Positions 9,333 to 17,415 of a DNA stretch of 64,000 nt are shown here, piece by piece. This stretch comes from a virus, in the IMG/VR virus record IMGVR_UViG_3300037010_003037, positions 64,001-128,000 of that record, one strand, 5' to 3'. Under the pieces are notes generated by a model. The model saw nothing but the letters and a program-made list of their open reading frames with translations. It was not told the DNA's origin and did not search any database. The position numbers and the translations under genes are program-made. Position 1 is the first letter of the stretch. Every line of letters starts with the position of its first letter.

Positions 9333-9605
9333 ATGTTCAACATTGAAAAAATTCAAAACAACAACGTGAAAGCGTTAGCTGAACTATGCGTTGTCCAACA
9401 CAGCAATTCTGGGACGTCTATGGCTAATGAATTCGACTTGGAAAAATTTGCGATGCTTATCGTGAGTGAGTGTATTAAGTCCATTGAAACGTATGAAATT
9501 CCAGTAGGCAACAGCCCAGCTGGGGAAATGGCGTTTGAATGGACATATGATGCTCTAGCACAAATTCGAGATGACATTAATGAAAAATTTATGGTGAATA
9601 AATGA
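9333..9605 (+). CDS. Hypothetical protein
   Basis: 90-aa ORF; stop overlaps the next start (ATGA). Confidence 0.7.
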   Translation: MFNIEKIQNNNVKALAELCVVQHSNSGTSMANEFDLEKFAMLIVSECIKSIETYEIPVGNSPAGEMAFEWTYDALAQIRDDINEKFMVNK

Positions 9606-9754
9606 GTGAGCTTGCTATTATTGGAATTATGCTTTTTGCATGGTTTCAGGGGTTAATTGTCGGTTACATCATGTGGGGCCCTGATTCTGAATTCAAGCGG
9701 GGCTTCATTGATGGAATTACTCTTAAATTTATTTGGAAACGGTTGGTCAAATGA
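9602..9754 (+). CDS. 50-aa small membrane protein (absent from the ORF track)
   Basis: MSELAIIGIMLFAWFQGLIVGYIMWGPDSEFKRGFIDGITLKFIWKRLVK; ATGA overlaps at both ends; hydrophobic N-half. Confidence 0.7.
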   Translation: MSELAIIGIMLFAWFQGLIVGYIMWGPDSEFKRGFIDGITLKFIWKRLVK

Positions 9755-9957
9755 TTCAAATTGTCTTTCCTGAAAAATGGCAGTGCGAAATTGCTGATAT
9801 GCTTTGGGCTGCTGAATCGTATGACGAAGTTCAATCAATCATTGAAACATATGGTGTTGAGGCAGAAGTTGTTTATGAAATGATCATCGCTGCTACACTT
9901 GATGAAGAAGATCTTGACTTGACGCTCGCGCAAGAAGTTATCCGGAGCGTGAAGTGA
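9751..9957 (+). CDS. Hypothetical acidic protein (start moved to ATG 9751)
   Basis: MIQIVFPEKW...; ATGA coupling with the upstream stop. Confidence 0.7.
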   Translation: MIQIVFPEKWQCEIADMLWAAESYDEVQSIIETYGVEAEVVYEMIIAATLDEEDLDLTLAQEVIRSVK

Positions 9958-10012
9958 GAATGAAAAACAAAAAGCATAGCATTAATTCTTTCTAAAATAG
10001 CATAAGTCAAAT

Positions 10013-11101
10013 ATGAGAAAATTAGTTACAATCAGAAAAATCAATGATTTGTCCCCCATTTTGGGTGCTGATAACATTGAAGTTGCATCTATTGATGGGT
10101 GGAAAGTTGTAGTTAAGAAGGGAGAGTTCAAAGTCGGAGATCCCTGTGTGTATTTTGAAATTGATAGCTTCCTTCCTGAATCTGATCCGCGCTACGCGTT
10201 CATTATGAAAAGTGGTGTTCGGGAGTTCGAAGGGATTCGTGGGCACAAGCTGCGCACGGTAAAACTTCGCGGTCAAATTAGTCAAGGTTTGGCTTTGCCA
10301 TTAGGTCAAGCTAATAACACGATGTTTCCGGAAATCTGGCAGTATTTGCGGGATCACCATTTTGACGAAAATAATCCATACGAGGCTGACTTCAGTGCAC
10401 TGTTGGGAATTAAAAAATGGGAACCACAACTACCTGCTGAGCTAGCTGGTCAAATTAAGGGGGTATTCCCGAGTTTTATTCGTAAGACAGATCAGGAACG
10501 GTGTCAAAATCTTATTGATGAGATCTTTATTGACAATGCCGATTCAAAGTATGAAGTCACCATTAAGCTAGATGGAACTAGCGCTACTTTCTACCATCAT
10601 GACGGTTACACTGGAGCATGTAGTCGGAATTTTGAGATGAAGATTTGCGATGAAAATGCTACAAACACTTATGTTAGAATCCTAATTGAAAGTGGATTGC
10701 AGACTGCTTTACCTAAGTTTGGTAACATTGCAGTGCAAGGTGAAATTATGGGCCCTGGGATTCAGGGAAACCGTGAAAAATTGAAGACAGCAAAATTCTT
10801 CATTTTTGACGTGTACTTGATTGATGAGAGTCGTTACATGACTCCTGTTGAACGTAAGAATTTTGTCAATGTGCTACTTCCTCAGTTGAACGCTGAATTG
10901 GTTTCTCATGTGCCTGTCATTGCTGAAGCGGCAAACTTGCGTGATACACTTGGAATTACAAACATTGAACAACTTTTGCAGTTCGCGGCTGGCAAGAGCC
11001 TAGTTCATCCTGTGCGTGAAGGTCTTGTTTTCAAGCGGGATGACGGTAACTTCAGTTTTAAAGCAATTAACAATGAATTTCTCGCAAAAGAAAAGGACTG
11101 A
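10013..11101 (+). CDS. RNA ligase, Rnl2/DRB0094 family
   Basis: N-terminal OB-like module (GADNIE, VYFEIDSFLP, KLRGQISQGL), KTDQERCQN, motif I KLDGTS, QGE, FIFDV, EGLVFK, FKAI. Confidence 0.9.
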   Translation: MRKLVTIRKINDLSPILGADNIEVASIDGWKVVVKKGEFKVGDPCVYFEIDSFLPESDPRYAFIMKSGVREFEGIRGHKLRTVKLRGQISQGLALPLGQANNTMFPEIWQYLRDHHFDENNPYEADFSALLGIKKWEPQLPAELAGQIKGVFPSFIRKTDQERCQNLIDEIFIDNADSKYEVTIKLDGTSATFYHHDGYTGACSRNFEMKICDENATNTYVRILIESGLQTALPKFGNIAVQGEIMGPGIQGNREKLKTAKFFIFDVYLIDESRYMTPVERKNFVNVLLPQLNAELVSHVPVIAEAANLRDTLGITNIEQLLQFAAGKSLVHPVREGLVFKRDDGNFSFKAINNEFLAKEKD

Positions 11102-11198
11102 AATATTTTTCTAGACATGAGAATTTACTTGAAAACGTGATTAAAAATTGAAGTAAATAAGTCTATCTTCTTATAACAACCATACATGATAGATTAAA

Positions 11199-12539
11199 GT
11201 GCTAGATATTATCTTCATCTCATACGATGAGCCAAATGCTGATAAAAACTGGAAAAATCTAAAAGCTAGATTTCCATATGCAAAGCGCGTTCATGGTGTA
11301 AAAGGCATCGCGAACGCGCACATGGCTGCATGCAAAAAGGCAAACACACAGTTTTTCTACGTAGTAGATGCTGATGCTGAGATTTTAGATTCATTTAAGT
11401 TTGATTACAAACCTCCTGAATATGATTCAGAGTATGTTCACATCTGGCATGCTCTAAATCCGGCAACAGGGCAAGATTATGGGTATGGAGGTGTAAAGCT
11501 CTTTAATAAGAAGCATTTCCGCAACGTAAAGAACGCGCTAGATTTCTCTACCACGCTTACTAAAGATGTGAAAATTATAGATAAAATTGCATGCATTACC
11601 CGCTTTAATTCTGATGCTGTTAGAGCGTTCCGGGGTGCGTTTAGAGAATCTGTAAAGTTATACACTATCATCAATGATGAAAGCAAACCAGAAAATCAAC
11701 GAATTGAAGCTAGAAATAGGTTAGATAGATGGCTTAATCCTGTTCAGGATTGTGATTACCAAGAAATCATTGCTTTAGGTGCACGGGATGGTATAGAGCA
11801 AGCAAAACAGAGAGGTGATGATCTATCATTTATCAATGATCATGATCTAATGTTTAGAATGTTAATGACTGCGCACCCAGAAATTGATCCAAATATCGAG
11901 CCACAACTTAATGAAAATCATCCTATGAAGCACGAATTTTTCTTTACTACACGAATTGCTGGTGTTCTTTATGATAAGTTTATTGAAGAAAATCTCTCAT
12001 TAAATGAATTGCGAGATGCTCTTTCTGACGGTCAAATGTACAGCAAAACATGGCTAGTGGAGGAATTATCCAAACTGATTGAAAGCGGTAAAATTGAAAA
12101 GAAAGAAAAATACCATGTTGTAGTGCTGGGGGGTTGGATTGGGCTACTATCGCTCATGTTATTCACATGGGAATTTCCTGTATCTGTGATTAGTATTGAC
12201 ATTGATCATCGAGCTAATATGATTGCAGAGAAAATGAATTGGGGATTTGATTTTAAAGCTGTACATAATGATATGTATAACACTAACTACGCTGAGTTTG
12301 ACATTATTATCAACACATCATCAGAACACATTCCTGATATTCCAGCATGGCGGGCAACTATTCCTTCAAAAAAAATTGTCATTGTGCAAAATACTGATTA
12401 TGAAGATGGCGACGGGCATGTCTCTATAGTTAGCAGCTCAAATCAGCTTAGAAATAAGTTAAATCTCTCAGAAGTTTTGTATGAGGGAACTAGAAAATTC
12501 AATCAGTACAACAGGTTTATGATTATTGGAAGAACCTAA
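11199..12539 (+). CDS. Glycosyltransferase fused to class I SAM-dependent methyltransferase
   Basis: N-terminal FISYDEPNA and VVDADA (DxD); C-terminal SKTWL, VLGGWIG, SIDID, IINTSSEH. GTG start with a TAAATA box about 40 bp upstream. Confidence 0.75.
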   Translation: MLDIIFISYDEPNADKNWKNLKARFPYAKRVHGVKGIANAHMAACKKANTQFFYVVDADAEILDSFKFDYKPPEYDSEYVHIWHALNPATGQDYGYGGVKLFNKKHFRNVKNALDFSTTLTKDVKIIDKIACITRFNSDAVRAFRGAFRESVKLYTIINDESKPENQRIEARNRLDRWLNPVQDCDYQEIIALGARDGIEQAKQRGDDLSFINDHDLMFRMLMTAHPEIDPNIEPQLNENHPMKHEFFFTTRIAGVLYDKFIEENLSLNELRDALSDGQMYSKTWLVEELSKLIESGKIEKKEKYHVVVLGGWIGLLSLMLFTWEFPVSVISIDIDHRANMIAEKMNWGFDFKAVHNDMYNTNYAEFDIIINTSSEHIPDIPAWRATIPSKKIVIVQNTDYEDGDGHVSIVSSSNQLRNKLNLSEVLYEGTRKFNQYNRFMIIGRT

Positions 12540-12567
12540 TTCAAGATTACATTGTTGATGGCGGATG

Positions 12568-12576
12568 TGATATAAT
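12568..12576 (+). promoter_or_regulatory. Extended -10 promoter TGATATAAT
   Basis: TGnTATAAT followed by an AAGGAG RBS and ATG 12595. Confidence 0.45.
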
Positions 12577-12594
12577 TATCTCTAAGGAGATTGT

Positions 12595-13071
12595 ATGGAA
12601 CTTCGCCTTTATGTTTTCATTAACTATCAGCTAAATTCAACACAACAAAATATACAAGCTGGGCGTGCAGCACTTAATCTTGTTGAAAAGTACACTGCAA
12701 AAGATAATCCTTTTAATGTGAGTATTGTTAAAGAGCACACTGATCTAGTTAAACTGTGGGCAAGTAGTAAAAATCTTTTTACGGTGGTTAATGCTGTGTG
12801 TATTCTTGAGCTTGCAAAAGCAACGAGCATTATCTCAAAGTCTGATTTTCCATGGGTAATTATCAGAGAAGATAAAGAAGATGGTAATCAACACCAAATG
12901 GGTGTTGCTGTTATTTTGCCAGACTGTATTTTTTCGGCAAACAAGAAACACCACGCAAATAATGTAATTGAATATTTTGAATACGTGGATAAAGATGAAA
13001 AACGATACGCATTTATGAAAGGTCAACCTCGTTTTGACCTTATCAAGCTAATTAAAACTTATCAGAAATAA
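12595..13071 (+). CDS. Peptidyl-tRNA hydrolase 2 (PTH2)-like phage protein, divergent
   Basis: RLYVFIN...IQAGRAA, ...IIRED, GVAVILP resemble the PTH2 layout; the conserved His appears as Arg. Confidence 0.45.
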   Translation: MELRLYVFINYQLNSTQQNIQAGRAALNLVEKYTAKDNPFNVSIVKEHTDLVKLWASSKNLFTVVNAVCILELAKATSIISKSDFPWVIIREDKEDGNQHQMGVAVILPDCIFSANKKHHANNVIEYFEYVDKDEKRYAFMKGQPRFDLIKLIKTYQK

Positions 13072-13078
13072 GATTTAT

Positions 13079-13666
13079 ATGATTGTAGGACTTTGTGGAA
13101 CACAAGGGACAGGTAAATCCACTATTTTGCAAGCTGCTGAAGCAGCAGGATTTAAGGTAGACTGTACCCAGGTGTCTCGTACAGTGCAGGCAAATCTTGG
13201 ATGGGATAAACTATCACGTGCTGAAGAATCTGTTGAAAACATGATGTTGCTTCAAAATGAGATAGCTAATGTCATGTACGACCGTGATATTAAGTATCTG
13301 GACAGTGATGAGGTTGTATTAGTTGAACGAACCCCAGCTGATGTGTGGGCATACACATGTGTTTGGTGTAAAAGAAACAATGTGTCTATTTCTATAAATC
13401 CATGGGCTGTGGATTACAAACACCGAATGCAGCGCATGTCAACCTTTTACACTCGCTTCATTATTGTTCCACAAGTTGCAGAAATTCCTTTTGTTGAGGA
13501 TCCACATCGAGCTGATTATGAAAGTCGTCAATATGTTGACAATATAATTCGTGATTTTTTAAAACGTGGTGGTTTACCATATAATGAAATGAAAACGATT
13601 AGTCGAGAAGAACGAAGTGCAGAAATTGCCGCTCTTCTCACTCTAATAAAAATGGAAAAAACATGA
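13079..13666 (+). CDS. P-loop nucleotide kinase / AAA_28-like ATPase
   Basis: GTQGTGKST Walker A; VERTPADVWAY. Confidence 0.75.
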   Translation: MIVGLCGTQGTGKSTILQAAEAAGFKVDCTQVSRTVQANLGWDKLSRAEESVENMMLLQNEIANVMYDRDIKYLDSDEVVLVERTPADVWAYTCVWCKRNNVSISINPWAVDYKHRMQRMSTFYTRFIIVPQVAEIPFVEDPHRADYESRQYVDNIIRDFLKRGGLPYNEMKTISREERSAEIAALLTLIKMEKT

Positions 13667-14304
13667 AAAAGAAAGTTGTTCAACAAATGCATCAGTTTGG
13701 TTTGTGCATTGACTGGGAAACTAGTGGGGCTGACTTCGGTAAGGATAGTTCACAACATTATCAAGGACTGTCTTTTGGAGCAGTAGTCTTTAAGACTGAG
13801 GACTTTACAATTGTAGAAGAAATGTATCAAGAGATTAAGTTTAACGGTTCTAAATGGGAGTGGTCTGAAGATGCTGAAAAAATTCATGGTCTAACTCAAG
13901 AGTATCTTGAGCAAAATGGTGTGTCACAGGAAGATGCTGCTATCGCACTCGCAGAGCTGATTCTTAAGTACTGGGGTCCAGAAAATAAGGTGATGTTTCT
14001 TGGACATAATCCAGAATTTGATATTCGTTTTACAAATCAACTTATGAACCAGATTGAGATTGAGTTCTCTGTTGAGAAGAAAACTGATTTTACTAGCTGG
14101 ATTCAGTTACATCATGTGGTACTCGATACCTCAGCTGCAGGATTTATTACAACTGGCATTTATAAATCTGATTTGCTTTTTGAAAAGATGGGATTTGCAG
14201 AACGTGATAAACATAATGCGCTTGAAGATGCACGCCAGACAGTGATGACTTGCGCTATTCTTCGTGAATTAACTAAAATCGGTATGGAAAGTGTGGGTCT
14301 ATGA
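13663..14304 (+). CDS. DEDDh 3'-5' exonuclease
   Basis: IDWETSG, IHGLT, GHNPEFD, LDT, HNALEDA. Confidence 0.9.
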   Translation: MKKKVVQQMHQFGLCIDWETSGADFGKDSSQHYQGLSFGAVVFKTEDFTIVEEMYQEIKFNGSKWEWSEDAEKIHGLTQEYLEQNGVSQEDAAIALAELILKYWGPENKVMFLGHNPEFDIRFTNQLMNQIEIEFSVEKKTDFTSWIQLHHVVLDTSAAGFITTGIYKSDLLFEKMGFAERDKHNALEDARQTVMTCAILRELTKIGMESVGL

Positions 14305-14504
14305 CAACATATGTGTATGATGGTATTGAAGTTAGAAAAACCGGCCGAACCGCATCAAAAGAATCTCCTACGTTAAGAGGAAAAAGATTCGTTACCTTGA
14401 TTGAAATTACCCCAGTTGGGGATGATGTCGGATGGAAAAAATGGGTTGATGAAAATTCACTTTATGTTGTTGAGGAAAACAAGGAAAACAATGAAAACAA
14501 TTAA
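14301..14504 (+). CDS. Hypothetical protein
   Basis: 67-aa ORF coupled by ATGA overlap. Confidence 0.7.
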   Translation: MTTYVYDGIEVRKTGRTASKESPTLRGKRFVTLIEITPVGDDVGWKKWVDENSLYVVEENKENNENN

Positions 14505-14739
14505 GTACTATCAAATTTCAGGATTTCAGCTGTTTGTTATGGCTATAATCGTTGGCGTTATTTCTGCGGCACTTATCACGATAAATACAGCTGTGCAAGA
14601 ATATTTGCAACTACCAATGGTGCACATGTCAAAAGATGGGCAATGCACGGTGGTCTCTAATTACAAAAATGGAGATGCTTTCACATGCAATGATGTAGAT
14701 GTAATTCTCCGAAAATATAGAACGACTAAACAAGAATGA
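14491..14739 (+). CDS. Small membrane protein (start moved to ATG 14491)
   Basis: AAGGA RBS; one TM segment (LFVMAIIVGVISAALITI); two C-terminal Cys. Confidence 0.7.
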   Translation: MKTIKYYQISGFQLFVMAIIVGVISAALITINTAVQEYLQLPMVHMSKDGQCTVVSNYKNGDAFTCNDVDVILRKYRTTKQE

Positions 14740-15872
14740 ACCGCTATTTTATCTATCAATGCACGGTCTGCAGAAGAACTAAGGATATACCACGAAATGA
14801 TACACATGTTATCCCGACGGGGTGTACAATTACCAAGGGGTGTTCAGGAACATTGCTTAAGGTTGGTGAAAGAGATATTGCCGAGCAGACAGCCCCTGTT
14901 GTTGGTGTAACAGATTGGTACCCACGTGGGACACACCCGAGCGATTCTGAACCTGTTAAAACGATTGAATATGTTAATATGTCTGGTTCATCAACAGGTG
15001 CTTTAGTGTTGGCTATCAGAATGACTGAAGATCAAGCAAATGCGGTTTCTTCAGTAGTTGTCACGTTGGAACAACGTCGTGTTGAAGAAATTTCATTCAA
15101 CCAGTTCACTTATTATGTTCTTACTAATGGTATGACAACGATTTCTGGGCGTGATTCCCAAGGAAAGAACCTGCGAATAGATAGTACTGCGGTGACAGAA
15201 GGCCGATTACGCGTTAGAGTCAATGGTGTTATTAGAACTGATTACACTGTTAATTCATCTATTAACTCCTCTTCTGTAGTGTTCTCATCAGTTCTTCCAT
15301 TACAAAGCGCCGTTGACATTATCGTGTTTAATGAAAGAGAAGTTGAAGACAAGGAATTAGAGTTTGTTACTAATAGAACAATTCCTGTTAGTGATTTAAG
15401 TGGTGCTTGGGGTAATGTTCGTTGGATAGACAAGATAAACCCAGCCATCCCCGGTCCAAATGAGGAACGATGGTGGTTATATACATGCACATCAATAGCA
15501 GGACTGCAGCCATCGGCACGAATTAAGGTAACACAAGTATTGGCAGAAACAACGGAAATTTCATTTGAAAATATCATGTTCTTGCTTGCATCTCCACCGT
15601 ATTCACATGTTGATCGGTATTTGGGATTAGTCGTGCCAATGACTGAGTGCGTTGAAGATTTCAATATCTTGACTAGTAGTAAAATAACACGTGATTTCAT
15701 GATTGAAAAAACCAGAGCTAAAAGCATTTACCCACCACTGAAAATAAAGCGTGGATATACAGAACAGCAAAAATCATTAACAAGTGAAGATATTATTCCT
15801 GTTGCTAAAAATTCAACAGCTCAAAACACACCGATGATGTTAACAGACAAATACACTAATGGACCGATATGA
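14736..15872 (+). CDS. Hypothetical protein with N-terminal Cys4 ribbon and a virion-type beta module
   Basis: CTVC...CTITKGC; VRVNGV...DYTV...VVFSS resembles VSVYVNGIQ...GYVI in the 2933-aa protein. Confidence 0.7.
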   Translation: MNRYFIYQCTVCRRTKDIPRNDTHVIPTGCTITKGCSGTLLKVGERDIAEQTAPVVGVTDWYPRGTHPSDSEPVKTIEYVNMSGSSTGALVLAIRMTEDQANAVSSVVVTLEQRRVEEISFNQFTYYVLTNGMTTISGRDSQGKNLRIDSTAVTEGRLRVRVNGVIRTDYTVNSSINSSSVVFSSVLPLQSAVDIIVFNEREVEDKELEFVTNRTIPVSDLSGAWGNVRWIDKINPAIPGPNEERWWLYTCTSIAGLQPSARIKVTQVLAETTEISFENIMFLLASPPYSHVDRYLGLVVPMTECVEDFNILTSSKITRDFMIEKTRAKSIYPPLKIKRGYTEQQKSLTSEDIIPVAKNSTAQNTPMMLTDKYTNGPI

Positions 15873-16408
15873 TTGCTGATAAAATTATTCCTAGCTTCTA
15901 TCTTTTAGAATTAGAAGGGGCTGCAGCGCAGGTTGTGGTGCCTGGAGATTTTAACATTGACAGAATAGCAGTTGGGTCAGATGATTACAATTCTGACTTG
16001 CATGCCACAAGTGCCCTTCAACAAGCGATACATGCAATCGCTGATAGCGTAGCAGAAGATCCATCAAAGCTTAAAAAGGAAATAGAATTTAATCCTGAAT
16101 TTTTCCCAACATTAAAGTTTGAACTTCCTGAGGATATTGAAGAAGAGCTTGAAGAAGCACAAGCTATCTCTGATGTCATGTCAAATGAAATGATTGAAAA
16201 TGGACAAGTTCCTATCTTTTTAACTAATACATTTGATTCACTTGGCGATTTTATTCAATCAAGATGGACTGTTTCGGGGGAAAATTTTAAGATAACTGGG
16301 CGTGTCGCCGCAAACCCAACAAAGTACGTGATGTATAAGGGATTAGAACAAGTCAAGCGACATGAGACAATTCATCGTAATGAACTTAACACACTAATGG
16401 TTCACTAA
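15869..16408 (+). CDS. Hypothetical protein
   Basis: 179-aa coupled ORF. Confidence 0.75.
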   Translation: MIADKIIPSFYLLELEGAAAQVVVPGDFNIDRIAVGSDDYNSDLHATSALQQAIHAIADSVAEDPSKLKKEIEFNPEFFPTLKFELPEDIEEELEEAQAISDVMSNEMIENGQVPIFLTNTFDSLGDFIQSRWTVSGENFKITGRVAANPTKYVMYKGLEQVKRHETIHRNELNTLMVH

Positions 16409-16821
16409 TGAACACATCGTTTACTTACGCAGTTAAAATTATTGATGGGTCACCATTTTTTGCTAGTGAAACTATCAAAAATTTGTTTCCTAGCGCTAGA
16501 GAAATGGTCATTACTTCAAAACCATTTAACAACTATGACGAGTGCTATGAAAAGCTGTTGAGTCTTCTAGACGCACTAACGACAGCATCATCAACAACAA
16601 GCAAGAAAAATTATGTCATTGTATCTCGAATTAATCCTTCATTGGATAAAACTGGAGAGACTAAATCTATTGAAGGTGAGACATGGGATGATCTTACATT
16701 AATTAAAGCATATGTTGCTAATGCCGATGCACTAAAGAAATCTGAGCTGCGCTACACAATAATTGGAGCAATTATAATGAGTTCAGGAATTGACAATTTA
16801 GTTAATTTTGATCAATCTTAA
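16408..16821 (+). CDS. Hypothetical protein
   Basis: 137-aa ORF with TAATG coupling. Confidence 0.75.
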   Translation: MNTSFTYAVKIIDGSPFFASETIKNLFPSAREMVITSKPFNNYDECYEKLLSLLDALTTASSTTSKKNYVIVSRINPSLDKTGETKSIEGETWDDLTLIKAYVANADALKKSELRYTIIGAIIMSSGIDNLVNFDQS

Positions 16822-16905
16822 TTTATTGAGTGATAGTTTTCAAAAAGATCACTTTTTGTTAAAATTATAATTTAATTTTTATCTGTTCATCATAGGAGAT
16901 TTTAG

Positions 16906-17229
16906 ATGTCTAAGTCTAAATACGCACTCGCACCCACTGGGAAAAAACAATACATTGAAGTTACGACGCTGATTAAGGATCCAGCACAGCGATCCAAACT
17001 ACAGAACTACATTGATGAAGTTATTCGCTGTAAGACAAAGATTCTTGATGAACAAGAGTCAATCAAAGCGCTTCGTGATGCTGCGGTTGAAGAGCTTAAC
17101 ATTGAACCAAAGATGTTTACTCAACTTGTGAGCTTGTTTTTTAACAACAACTTTGAGCAAAAACGCGCTGAACTAGAACGACTAGAAGCAGCAATTAACG
17201 CTCTTATGCAAACCGAAACCAATGAATAA
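16906..17229 (+). CDS. T4 DsbA-like / GapR-like dsDNA-binding protein
   Basis: KLQNYIDE...ESIKALRDAAVEELNIEPKMFTQLV helical pattern; AGGAG RBS. Confidence 0.6.
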   Translation: MSKSKYALAPTGKKQYIEVTTLIKDPAQRSKLQNYIDEVIRCKTKILDEQESIKALRDAAVEELNIEPKMFTQLVSLFFNNNFEQKRAELERLEAAINALMQTETNE

Positions 17230-17240
17230 TGTCAAAGAAG

Positions 17241-17395
17241 TAAATTTTACCAGTGCTCATATGAGATGGTAAAGATTTAGAAAATGCACGTAGAACACAT
17301 GTTCTTCAGTGATGATTCACAACTTGTGTAATCCTGAACTAGCTAAATATCTTTGAACATTAGGTATTTCTCAAGATACTATAACAATCAGTATC
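17241..17395 (+). promoter_or_regulatory. Multi-hairpin leader upstream of DNA polymerase
   Basis: Inverted repeats at 17241-17279, 17292-17305, 17305-17338, 17345-17369, 17375-17395. Confidence 0.45.
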
Positions 17396-17415
17396 GTAGA
17401 CACAACTAAAAAAGA

